Shown here in pieces: positions 12,216 to 25,528 of a stretch of 64,000 bases of DNA (the stretch's first letter is position 1; every line of letters starts with the position of its first letter). This stretch comes from Adineta vaga (lineage: Eukaryota > Animalia > Rotifera). Position numbers and translations under genes: made by a program. The stretch covers positions 7,502,001-7,566,000 of the forward strand of contig CP075493.1 in the NCBI GenBank assembly GCA_021613535.1, read 5' to 3'. Below the pieces are notes generated by a model that had not been told where the DNA came from, searched no databases, and worked only from the letters and a program-made list of their open reading frames with translations.

Positions 12216-14692
12216 TTATGTATCCATTGCTTCTTGTAATTGATTGACACTGTTATTTCCTGCAGTTAATGTTGATGATGTATCTGTATGATTAAAAAAA
12301 GATGAACCACCACCGCCATTCGACCATGCTGTTGCCAATTGTACAAGACGTTCTCGTATTTCAACAAATTTACGTTTAAATTCAATACCATCACCTTTGG
12401 ATAAACGAAAATCTGCCATGATCTTAGAATCCGGAATTTTGAAAACATTCACTTTAAAGATTAATTCTGTATGTCGTTTATCTTGTGTCACAACCGTAAT
12501 CTATATAAATGAAAATTAATTAGAATCTTTACGTTTTTGTTTTCATATTCGAAATAGCTTTACTTGATTGCCTGCTGTACGTTTAGGTGTATAACCTGTA
12601 TGAACAAATAATTTATTGAGCAAATAAATTGTTTCATCAAATGGAATTGCTAAGACAACTCGTGTCATACGATGAACAAGATGTTCCGATGGATCAGCCT
12701 GAAAAACAACAAGTACATTATATAGAAATCAAAGTAAAAAGAGAAAGATGAAATAAACTTACATCACCCATTTCAGTCAATGATCTAGGTTCAGTAATTA
12801 AGATCAAATCATCAAGTTTAATTGGTTGTGAAATGCAATTCACCATTGGATCATCCATCGATGTGGTAGAAATAATAGTAGATGTTGTACTTTGATTCGG
12901 TTGTGTTAATGACCAACATGGTTCTTCGTATTTTACACTAAATAAAACATAGATCTACATGAGAGAGAAAAAAATAGTATCAATAAAAGAATCACATACG
13001 CCATGCGTTTGAATAATTGTTGATCAGATTCTGTACCATCTATAAAAATGAATTTAGATTAAAGAAATTAAGTAAAACTATGAATAAACCTTGTGGATAA
13101 ACTTTTGACATCCATTTATGATTTTGAATATCAGGAACTCGTGCACGTTGTGCAGGATCATGAATTAAAATTCGTCGAAGAAGATCTTGAAGGAAAATTT
13201 AATTTGACATTAAAATCAATTTAGAAGAATATTTGTCATTATACTCAAAATCATATTATCAATTTTCTTCCATGGATTATGATAATAATCTCGATCTAAC
13301 CAACGTTTGTATTCCGGATTTTGATAAGATGGTTGATCCCAAGGTAATTCTATATGCAAAGCAAAGATCATAAAAAGAGAAATAAATTTTGTTTTCATTC
13401 CAATTACCTCCAGTTAACATAGCAGTCAGAATAATACCACATGACCAAACATCCACTGGTTCACCTCGATACGGTGTTTTAGCCCATACCTACAAACAAA
13501 CAAATCAGCAATCTTTATTAATCAAAAAAAAGAAAAAAGAAAGATAATGATTCTATCCTCAAGCTACTCAATGATCTTCTTAGGTTAATTCCATACATTT
13601 CAATCAGGTGCTTCTACCCTTTAGCAAAATAACTCATCTCTTTAGATTAGTTGATTATGTCATTGTACATATTTGATCAAAATGCCCTTTAGCAAATATC
13701 AAGCATGTCAGCAAGTGTTAGAAGCTTGATGAAATCAACATATACTAATTCATCTTCTATAGTTTACATGAAACAAGAAGTAGTTCAACATCATAAATTC
13801 GAGAGTGAGTCAATATGTCGAATATAGTATCATTAGATTTGCAAAATCTTACTTCTGGTGATGAATAAGGTGCTGTACCACAATACGTAGTCAATTTTCG
13901 CTCTTCTCTAGTTGTTTGACTACGAAATAATGTTGCTAGACCAAAATCACAAATTTTTAATACATCTATACAATAGAAAATATAATTACTGTACAAAATA
14001 ATAGATTAGACTATCTCTTACTATTATTTGCAATGAGAAGATTTTCTGGTTTCAGATCTAAATTTAAAGATAACTGTCAAAAAGTGATATGTATGTTTCG
14101 TATAATAACAAACCTCGATGTGCAACACCAAGACTATGAAGATAAGCCTAAAAGAGAGAAAATCCTATAAAGCAACTTGTTTATTCAACTGAATCTTACC
14201 ATTCCTGCAACAACTTGTTTGAAATAATGTAGAGCAAGATATTCCGGCATTCCAACATCCGGTTCTAAAAAATATCAAAATCAAGTCTTTGCCTTTGTTT
14301 TTTTGTTCGAAATTTTACCAATTTTATCAAAAAGTTCACCACCAGCAGCATATTCCAAAAAGAGATAATAATTCGAATATTGTTGTTTATAACCATAGAA
14401 TCGAATGATATTTTCATGTCGAAATAATTTATGTAAATCAATCTAAAAATGAGGCAAAGATAATCTTACAAAATCAAATCAAAAAGTGATCATACTTCTT
14501 TTCTAATAACAACATCATTGCCCTTTAATCGATTGATATCAATAACTTTAACTGCAGCGAATTCATTTGTATTGACATTTTTCGCAAGAACGACTCTAGA
14601 TAATGAAATTTGGTAAATCGATAAAAGACAAATTAGCAATTGACATACTCGCCATAGGCACCTTCACCCAATGTTTCTGTAAATTGCCACAT
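12216..14692 (-). CDS. CHEK1: Checkpoint kinase 1 (multi-exon)
   Basis: [86 protein letters not shown] and the C-terminal KA1 region LIFKVN...DFRLSKGDGIEFKRKF are all Chk1 signatures. Confidence 0.95.
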
Positions 14693-16147
14693 GATCGAAA
14701 GTGACAAGTGAAGACTGAAGAAAAGAAAGGACAAAACGAACGATTTCGTCTGAATTCTTTGTTAAATATAGATTTAACTAGCTTAATTTTGATTGGATAA
14801 TATATAATTGTTTCAAAATTTAACAAAATAAGAAAAAAGTTCAATTTATATCATAAAATCTTTTTTTTAAGAAAAATGATTTGAAAATCAATTTGATTGC
14901 TATAAATTATTTACAAAAAAACGAAAATACGAATTAATAACCAATTAAAACAATGAACTTCGATTCTAGACAGATGACGTCAATTCCATTGAATAATATA
15001 AAATCTATCACTGAGATACAAATCGAATCGAATATCTTTCACTTGATATGAAGTATTGGTTGTCATCTTCTCCTTGCACTCGATGCGTACATATTTTATG
15101 CAAGATAAAACTTATCGGACTGACATATATTGATATTTATGATAAATTGAATTTACTGCATCATTTCCTCTATATGTACATCAACATCTAATTTCCATGT
15201 GAGGAAATTGATTAAGTCAAAAATTCAATTTTGCTTTAATATAATAAGTGATTCGTACATGATGGATTTCGTAAATAAAAAGGAGAAAAAAACAACATTG
15301 CTTTGACTGTGCCTCTTGTTGAAATAAAATCTTCCGATCTATATCAAAGATAAGCATTGATGTGATGCAATACAGATATGACAGCAGTTCGAACGAGTTA
15401 ATGATAACTTTGCAGACTGTCATTCAGAGAAATAGTAATACTATCTTATATATTATTCTAGCAACTGTTTGTTTTAAGTATTTCTAGCCATTAATAGTCT
15501 TTTTTTTTCTTGTCTATCCGATTCTTCCCAAAGGCAAAGTAAAGAAAAAGCAATATATGTGTATACACCATTAGATTGAAAACGATTATTTCAAATGCAA
15601 GTATTATAGATTAGATTTTTCTTCATGGTAAGTGATCACTATGTATCAAATATGTCGAAATCTATTCATTTTAAGCTGCCATTAAGAATTTCTTTTTTCA
15701 TCTGTCATCAAGAAGAAAGAATATTGTTAATACGGCTTAATTAAGTTTGTGAGAACGATGTCACACGCACGTACATATGCTTTCCAGAAGTGGATGTTCA
15801 CAGATAGATACTATTTTTAGTCTTGTCAATGATCTTCATTTGAACATTGATTACTAGTTTAACAAATGAGCATAGTCGGAAATAACGAAGAGAGAAAAAA
15901 GAAATGGACTAAAAAGCTGTATTCATCAATGAGTTTCCACGAGAGAAAAGAACGCGAAGAAAAGAGAAAGAAAAGAAACGAATGAACTTAGTATTCATCG
16001 TTACTATTCATACTCCGACTAACAGTTGTGTCAACGGGAAAAGTACCGCCTGCAGATTGATCGATTGTATATATAATACTCATTCGACATTCTTTTCATT
16101 CAGTTTTATAAATCACAACAACAACAACAATATTGATTTACGAAACG

Positions 16148-19100
16148 ATGCAAGTCTTTTCAATCCATATTCTTTTCTATCAATTAATAACTTATTCATT
16201 AATCATTCATGCACTAATTTCCAAACAATCTGGTAGATCATCTTTCATAATAGTAATAATAAATTGATGTCTGTTTTTCGTTTAGATGACAATCCTTCTT
16301 CTTCTTCTTCTTCTTCACCACTATGTCCATCAAATCTATTTCGTTGTGATACAAATCGTTGTTTACCATATGCATTCGTTTGTAATGGAGAATATAATTG
16401 TCACGATCAAACAGATGAAATGAATTGTTCATTTACAATGATGAGTAATGATCTGTGTCCAAAAAATTATTCAATAAATTGTGAACAAGATATTCTTCAT
16501 AGTATACGTTTTGTTGAACATAGTATTCATAATGAATATACACGACCAATACAGATTTGTATCCAACGGTAAATATTGAGGCGCTCACCTTGGAGATCAG
16601 AAAAAAAAGTAAAAATATTTACAGATCATTTCGAGGTCTTCTACTCATATAAACAATTCTATTGTGTATTCTCTCCTATTGACAGTTTATGAGAAAATAA
16701 TGATTAACAAATAATCAATGCATTTGTAGGTAGAGAAAAGATTACAATAAGAAAGGAAATTATATCGTAAATAAATGCTTTGTCTTGCAGATATGAAAAG
16801 GTCAGACACAGGAAATAATGAATGAAGGTTTTCGTTTTTCCGTTAAATCGATTTATTAATTTATAATTAGAATCTGAGAAAAGAGAAGCATTGAAGCAAA
16901 AAAAAATAAGACAATAGTTCTTTTATAGCTGAAAGCATTTCAATGAATAGATCTTTTCAAGCGTTTAATATTATGACTTAATTGTACTGATTTATCAAAT
17001 AGATCATCCGTTTGTGATGGAATTATTGATTGTCGAAATGCAATTGATGAACAATGTACAGAAAAAAATCCATTAATCGTTTGTACAGAAGATGAATATC
17101 ATTGTAAACTAACAAATCGTTGTATACCAAAACGATGGCGTTGTAATGGAATCAATGATTGTCTTGATTCATTTGCATCCGACGAATTAGGTAAGAAAAA
17201 GACTTTGAAATCGATAGAATTAGTATTTAATAATGATCAATAGATTGTCCAATGAATCGAAAATGTTTATCGAATGAATTTCCTTGTCGATCAATTGATC
17301 AATGTGTATTATCAACAGCTGTTTGTGATGGAATTCAAGTTAGTTAAAAATGTTGTCTTTCAATGTGAATAGTTTTTATTCTTTAGGATTGTATTGATGG
17401 AAGTGATGAATCTTCATCAATATGTTGTATGTATAAAAAACAATATGATATCTTTTCATTGATTCTCGTTTTTTTAAAGTATTTCCTCGATTTTGTACAC
17501 GTGATCAATTCTCATGTAAATCAACTAAATTATGTATTCCAAAATCGAATCTTTGTGATACAATAAGTCAATGTCATGATCGAAGTGATGAAATGTTCTG
17601 TACATGTCCAATTGAAGATTATCTCACTCGAAAATTATTCTATCGTTGCGGTTTAACAAATAAATGTCTACCGAAAAATGTCGAGTGTCATATTAAACGA
17701 CAATGTCATTCAGCTATTTCTCACGATGATGAAGATGATGATGATGATGATGATGAAATGAGATGTTCTTTCATTAATCAAACATGTTCAATGAATAAAC
17801 CATGTTTAGACAAGAATCAATATTGTGATATTCATCGATACCAACGTTGTATTTGTAAAGAAGGTTATCGAATGAATGAAACAACTGGTTTATGTGAAGA
17901 TATTAATGAATGTCGTGAACGAGTTATTTGTGATCATTATTGTATGAACACACTTGGTTCATATCATTGTTCATGTCAGGAAAACTATCAATTAAAGTCT
18001 GATAAACATACATGTACACATCGAATCGATTTGATTCCATCAGGTAAAACGAAAAAGAATCTCATTGAATTTATTAAATTTAATTCATTTTTCAGGATAT
18101 GTTTATAGTTTATTGAATGATGGAATCTATAAATTTAATCTAAATGATGAAAATGAAATTGTATCAAATAACCAAACATTAGTTACTTTAGCAGATCATG
18201 CTTATTTATTAGATTATGATCCTATTGAAAAATATCTATATTTTGCGGAATGCAAAACCAGTTCGATCGATTATGATGACATGTTCGAAAACAAGAGGAA
18301 TATATCGGATTTATCTTAATCAATCCATACTTCAAAAGGAAGTAAGCATTATACAAAGCTTTATCTATATAAATCATCTCATGAGATGCATTGACTTCTA
18401 ATAGACAATTCATGTGAATGATGATGTTTGATCAGTATATATATTCTTCGTTTTTTTTAAGTTAATTATCGATGGACGTGATTATACTTCAATACAATCG
18501 TTAGCTATTGATTGGTTTCATAAAAATATTTATTTTGTTAATACACGTTTACAAACAATTGATGTTTGCCGGTTAAACGGAAGTTTTTGTCAAACACTTC
18601 TTCATCAAACACTTAGTGATTATTTACCACAAAGAATTGTTTTATATCCAGAAAAAGGGTATGTATTTCTGTAAGATTAAAGAATTCGGTATATATATAT
18701 ATATATATATGTTGTTGATTTGTGTAGATTGCTTTTCTATACAGCAAGCGTTAAATCTCGTGCGCTACATGTCATTCGTTTGGGTATGGATGGAACAAAT
18801 TTGAAATTATTATTTACAATAAAAATAACGAATGATGTCAATTATCTTCAATCATTATTGACAATCGATCGAATCAATCATCATTTATATTTTTATAATG
18901 GTCTTGATAAAATATTTATTATAAACATACATGGAGATATTCTTCATGTACAACATGAAGCTCTAGATCGATTTCATTCGTTTAAAATTTTTGCTGGTAA
19001 AGAATTTAGAATAAAATCAATGTGAAATTTTTGCATTGATGTTTCAGATAAGATTTATAAAGCCTTTGATGGTGTTAATCGAACAAATCGTAGTGAATTT

Positions 19101-22100
19101 CGTATTAATCCAAAGTATGCATTGGGTACGAAACTGTTAGAACCAGGATTTGTTTTACAATCTGATCGATATGTACATAGTTCATATAGTATGTCGGAAA
19201 ATTTTGTTTCAAAGATCATATTAAGGTTTTTTTATTGAATAGATAAAAGTTCATCATTTGGATCACGAATTTCAATGTTAAATTCATTACGTAATCTTTA
19301 TCATTTTTCATATTCTTTACATATGACTGATTTTATTATTGTCGATATTCATGAAACGAAAGGTAATTTACATGTTCTATCAATCTGTTGAAAACAGAAA
19401 TGTTATCTTTCAAAACATTCTTTTTTCAAATATACATACATTCTGTTCGTGCAGGCTCTCATGTATACTCTGACTTACTTGAAAACATTCTTTCAAACCA
19501 TGAGAAATGTGTGTATGAATGAAGAGTGGAATATCCGGAGTATAGAGAGTGTTTATTTGACCTCCGGAAATTCTCTATTTGATCTCAGAATATTCAAATT
19601 GGTAACGGAGGATATTGTTTCTTGTTACAAGAGAGAATTCTTCTCGTTTATTAAAATTAAACAATTCTAGAGTCGGAAATACGATGTAATCAATGTGAAC
19701 AATTATGTTTTCCAAATGTTCGAAATCAAACTGAGATTACATGTAGTTGTGCACAATATTATCATCTTAAAATTGATGGTCGTTCCTGTACACCAGGTTG
19801 TCCTGAGTAAGTCACGAAAATAACTTGAAAATAATTGATTCAGTTTGATTTTATAGATATTTTTTCAATTGTCCAAGATCAAAAAAGTGTATACCATTCT
19901 ATCAACGTTGTAATGGAATTGTTGATTGTTTATTTAATGAAGATGAAACTAATTGTCAAAGTTTGTTATTCCTTAAAAAAGAAGATTCATGTAGTTTATT
20001 TTGCTTTTAACAGATTGTAATACGACATCATCATTTCATTGTTCGAATAGTTCAAAATGTATTACTACGAATGATTTATGTAATAATATAACGGATTGTT
20101 TACATGGAGAAGACGAACACGATACAATTTGTAAACATTTCTGTGAATGGCCAAGTTTAAATACTTGCACGAGTATGAAGAAATTATTCTTTGAAAGATT
20201 TCATGCCTTTGTTGAATTTATTTTTAATAGAAAAATATCCAAATTTATGTTCAAACAATGAGTTCTATTGTGATGGAAAATGTGTCTCTATTATACATCG
20301 ATGTGATGATAAACCTTATTGTTGTAAGAAATAAAAGAATGATTAAGAAGAGTTCTTCACAATTTTGTTTTATATTTTAGATGATGGTACTGATGAACCA
20401 TTTGATTGTTCTAATGTTACATGTCCTTATGAATATTTCAAATGTCCTTTATCTGGAAAATGTATTCCATATGAAAAAATTTGTGATAACGTAGGAGATT
20501 GTCCATTGATTGATACAATAAATGGAATATCTGCAGATGAAAGAGCAGAGACGTGCAGTAAGAATTCTTATATTGATTATTTTTTGTTAACTAGTATTTC
20601 TCTGTAAATTCGGATAGGTCTGATACTGAATCATCTAACAAATTTAACTACAACAACAATAAATCCATCACAGATATATATGACATGTGAATCAGCTGAT
20701 TTATTTCGATGTAAAACAAGTAATTTTTGTATTAATCGAACTTATGTTTGCGAGTAAGTTGTGTATCAGATAGAATTAATTAAACATTCATTCATACGTA
20801 TTTTTAGTGGTGACTTGGATTGTTCAGATTCTTCGGATGAAGAAAATTGTGAAAATTTTAATACAAATGGTTTAATATCATTATCTTTACATAAAGATTA
20901 TACATGTATGAATGGCTATCGTTGTGCTCAACAACGCCATGAATTAGATGATTATAATTCATTGTGTATACCTTTGGCTGAATTGTGTGATGGTATTAGT
21001 CAATGTCCTTTAGGAGATGATGAACATCAATGGCGTTGTCGTAAGTATACTTATCAGATTTCAGCATGTTATTGAATTGAATGATATCTTCTCTAATTTC
21101 TTTTGTTTTCTATTTAGGTAATTGTACAGATTGTGATTCGAAGTCCAGTTTTTGCAAATTGATTAATCGTTTGCCAACTTGCGAATGTAAGAATGGTTAT
21201 ACAAAGATGGCAAATGGGTAAATAGATGATTTATATGTTTAGTTGTATCTTAAGATAAATTGAACATATGTTTAGAAGTTGTATTCCACATGATATTCTT
21301 TGCACTTGGTCTTACGATACATGTTCACATAGAAATTTCTCTCGAACGAAAACTAATCCGAATTTTTATTCAACAAAAAACTCTTCGATAAAATGTCAAT
21401 GTGATCGTGGATATGACATCAAAAAGGTAATACATCATCATCATCATCATCATGCGAAAAACAAATCTCTCAATATCTATTTCAAAGAACGATCAGGGTA
21501 CTACGTCATGTATTGTACAAACTAATCAACAATTCGATGCTATGCTCAATCCTCGTTCTTCATTTTATCTCTATCAACATAATTCCATCATTGCAGTAAG
21601 ATTTTATTTCAAATTTTATGTTTTTGATTATTCTAATGATGAACTTTTTGTAGCCTGTTAATCCATCTCATCATTTAATTGACATGGTATTTATCCCCTA
21701 CGATCGTACTACTTGGTGTCTACTCTATACTGAACAACGTAATGGACAAGCATTCATTTGGCAGCAGAAACTTAATCGACAATTGAATTCAACTAATGCA
21801 TCAGCAAATAACGCCATACAGGTTCATTTGTATATAAATTTTCATTGTTCAATAATTTTCTCTTTTTACTATAGATTTGGTCTTCGTCATTATTTTATTT
21901 TACATCACTGGATGTAGATTGGATTCATCGTTTTGTTTATGCACTCTATGAAGATCCATCATCATCAACGAACGGTATTGAAATATTATATGCAACTACG
22001 AACGATTATACACATTTAATATTTGTCAATCGAATGACATTTTCCAACACGAAAACAATTTCATCGATTAATGTTCAGCCATTACAAGGGTAAAATAAGA

Positions 22101-24160
22101 GATTTTCTTTGTATTGATCTACATTTTCCGGTGCTTCTTTTCTTTTTGTAAAGGTACCTTTATATCAGTGCCTATTACGATGCACAACATTCGTTTGTGT
22201 ATCGAAGTTTACTTGATGGATCAAATCTTGAAATATTCTTAACACTTCCATATCCAGTACTAAGTATGACAATTGACTATCGTCATCCACGTCTATATAC
22301 AATACTATCAAATGGAGATATTGATAGTTATACTACTGATTCGAATCAACCATGGAAAACGAATATCTATTCGGTGAAAAGTAAGTTCTTTTTTACATGA
22401 TTGAGAAGTTATTTTTGCTAATATACAAATTTGAATAGATTATCGACCGTATTCAATTGATCTGCATGATGATACGCTTGTTGTAATGATATCAAATACA
22501 ACGGATTCTACATATGATGAAATTTGGTTGAATAAATTTGGTGGAATGGTACTCGAAAAACATCGAAAATTAAAATCACCAATAATTGTTCGATATATAC
22601 ATGAATTTAAATATCCTACTGTTGATACATCAAACAGTAAGTATTTCTTTCATCTCGAATTCGATTGGAGAAGGATTGAATAACTCATAATCGAATTATT
22701 CTTTCTTTTTTATCTTCATTTAGTGGTTTATCGAATTTGTTCGGAATCATCATGTCTTAGTAATCGTATCTGTATAACAACTCCTTCCTATCAACCACTT
22801 TGTATAACTCCAGGACGTATGTATGAAGAACTAAGCTCTATTTTAAATGCTTTTTTCTTTGAATGGAATAGAAATGAATCGATGTGGTTCATCATGTTAC
22901 AGTCGTGGTATATGTTCCAATGGTCATTGTGTTTGTTCAAATCGAACGTATGTTGGAGATGATTGTGAAATGTGTCGATTAACAGATACGATCAATGTTG
23001 GTTGTTTTCATATGGGTAATGATACTCAACCACCTTGTATGTGTTATCTATCACAATCGAAAACTCGACAAACGCCTTATTTATGTTCAACATTTAAAAA
23101 TGAACGGGAAGAAATCGGTAAATCTATCGAAGTTGTTTGATTTTACTTAATAATCTTTTATTTTCATAGAAGTACCTTGTGATCGTATGATTACATCAAT
23201 TACATTAGAAACTTGCTCACGTTCGTTATTTGATGAACCTATATGTGGAAATACAACTCATTCATTAATTTATCATAGACAAACACAAACTTGTGTATGT
23301 AGAGAAACATTGAAAAAAAAACCTAATTGTTTGAATAATGGACTTCTAATAATTGATGATGATAAAAATTCATCTTCATGTTCGTAAGTATTTTTCACTG
23401 AACATTAGCAATTTAATTTCTTTACTTTTTTCTTTTGTCAATAGTTGTTTATCACCATTCTTTGGTAATCAATGTCAATGGTCACCTTGTAGTAATCATT
23501 GTCAAAACAATGGCACATGTATACTTAATGGAACCATACCTTTTTGCAAGTAATTAAATCGATATCTGCAATAAAAAGTTTATTCTTCTATTTTTTTCAA
23601 TTAGTTGTTTAAATGGTTTTACTGGTACACACTGTCAAAACAACACATGTCAATCGATAGTTTGTGAACATCATGGTGTATGTGTTGTACGAAATAATAG
23701 ACCATTATGCCAGTAAATTTCATTTTTCACTATAAAATATCATCTCCATATCATCTTATTTAGTTGTCCATCTGGTTTTACTGGTTATTATTGTCATATT
23801 CGACGGCAAAGTCTTTGGCGTTCTTGGATTCTTATCACCATTGTCGGTAGTACTTTATTTCTAATTGGTTATATTCTTCTTCGATATAATTCCAAATTTC
23901 TTCGATTAAAACATCTATTTTCATATCGTCATTTACAAGAACAAATTGGTTTACAAGTTAGTTCAACAAATACAATCTATTCTCATGTGCCTACGTGTGA
24001 TACAAATATACAAGATCATCCAATTGACAATGTTCTATGTGATGATAATCAAAAATTTGATTTAGAAATGACAAATACTCAAGTAAATCATAGTTCCGAC
24101 GATTATCAAGAAGATCCATTCTGTATTGATGAAAAACAACCAATATTTAGTAAGGATTGA
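16148..24160 (+). CDS. LDL-receptor-related protein, two ligand-binding clusters (vitellogenin receptor/LRP-like), >30 exons; apparent frameshift near 18254
   Basis: Signal peptide exon [28 protein letters not shown]; multiple LDLa repeats (CxxxxDE); EGF-Ca (DINEC...[12 protein letters not shown]); YWTD-like blades ([34 protein letters not shown]); second LDLa cluster; terminal EGF run; [21 protein letters not shown]; cytoplasmic tail ending QPIFSKD-stop. Confidence 0.88.
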
Positions 24161-24322
24161 AATTCAGCAATAGAAACTTAACCGGTGTTGTCGAGAATTG
24201 ATGTATTTATTCATAAAACACAGAATACAAAACGAATCGATTGTTTTTAATTTTCTCATGCATTTTCTGTATAATGTAGACAAACACAAATGTTTATAGT
24301 TTAATTATAAAATGAAATAAAA

Positions 24323-25528
24323 TCAATTTGAAGATTTAAATCTTTTCGATGATAAAGAATCGTTGATGGCTAGAAGTTCTTCCCAAACTTCATCAGTAAA
24401 ATATTTGCTACGATCAGAGAGTTTAATGTTTTCTTCTTTGAGTTTAAGTAAGAACTTTTCCATAGCAGTACGTTTATCCCAAGCATGTGTACATGCATGT
24501 CTTGTTCTACGTGATATTACACATACTTTTTTACCATGATTGACAAAATCAAGTCGAATACCATCTTTTTCAGGATCGAATTGTAATTCTGATGCAGCTA
24601 CTGCAAATTCTAATTGATCCCAGTGTTTTCTACTGTCATTGTAACATAACCATTCGAATGATGTATTTGTAATTGATTCATTTCTAGATGTTGATTTCTT
24701 GATAAAAGTTGTATCAGTCAGTTCAACAGGTTGATGTCTGTCTTGAAGCAAAATATATTTTATATTAGACTTCGTTAGGAGAATTGTATGACAATTCTCC
24801 TGATTATATTTTCTTGTGCCAAGAATAAAAGATGTTGGAAATTTTTGAAATAAAACACGAAAAGGAATAGTAAAGCGAAAACAGCCATATCTTGAGCCAC
24901 CTGGATCGAGTGAATCACATATTGGTTTGACTTTATTTGTCCATGGTGGTGGTACTGGACCGAACCAACACAAAGGAGAGCCGCCATAATTATGATTGAA
25001 AAATCCTTGAAATTGAACTTTGTTTGGTACGTTTTGTAACATTTTCAGAACATCATCAATATCATGTACAACATGTTGAACATAATGAAGTGAAAATGAA
25101 TGCTTTGGATTTGTATTACTTTGAGAGAGAAATTTGCCCGATGTAAATTTCCATCCTTCTTTTGCTGGTGTACCAGGAAAAAGAAGAAGTCGATCTTTCT
25201 GATTGAATAATATAGAGTTTATTCGATCGCGGTATCTTTTGTTTTTATCGTGTAATAATTGTAATATATTGTAGATAATACGAAGAGTACCGTCAGTTAA
25301 TTCCAATGGTCTTGTTGATCGAGAATCTTTTTGAAGAATAGTATCGATTAAAGAAATCAATTGATTTATTAATCCAATTGATATTGGTGTACGTTTAGAA
25401 CTGCAGACTGTAATATATTCCACAAGAGCTTTAATTAAATTTTCAGCTGCAACTTCCAATGTCGCGTTTGGTTGACTATCAAACGAGGCTAATGCGCGAG
25501 AAAGAATTACTTTGGCTGTTTGAACCAT
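24323..25528 (-). CDS. Intronless 401-aa uncharacterised protein; possible ADP-ribosyltransferase-like fold
   Basis: 1206-nt uninterrupted ORF in very AT-rich DNA is unlikely by chance. Globular composition. Motifs VQHVVH, PLCWFG, SRYGCFRFTIP, LGTRKYNQE, WDQLEFAV. The function is inferred only. Confidence 0.8.
   Translation of the reverse strand: MVQTAKVILSRALASFDSQPNATLEVAAENLIKALVEYITVCSSKRTPISIGLINQLISLIDTILQKDSRSTRPLELTDGTLRIIYNILQLLHDKNKRYRDRINSILFNQKDRLLLFPGTPAKEGWKFTSGKFLSQSNTNPKHSFSLHYVQHVVHDIDDVLKMLQNVPNKVQFQGFFNHNYGGSPLCWFGPVPPPWTNKVKPICDSLDPGGSRYGCFRFTIPFRVLFQKFPTSFILGTRKYNQENCHTILLTKSNIKYILLQDRHQPVELTDTTFIKKSTSRNESITNTSFEWLCYNDSRKHWDQLEFAVAASELQFDPEKDGIRLDFVNHGKKVCVISRRTRHACTHAWDKRTAMEKFLLKLKEENIKLSDRSKYFTDEVWEELLAINDSLSSKRFKSSN

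Noticed and set aside
15811-15820. Perfect MEF2-like site CTATTTTTAG
   Set aside because: An AT-only motif expected by chance at this base composition; no supporting context.
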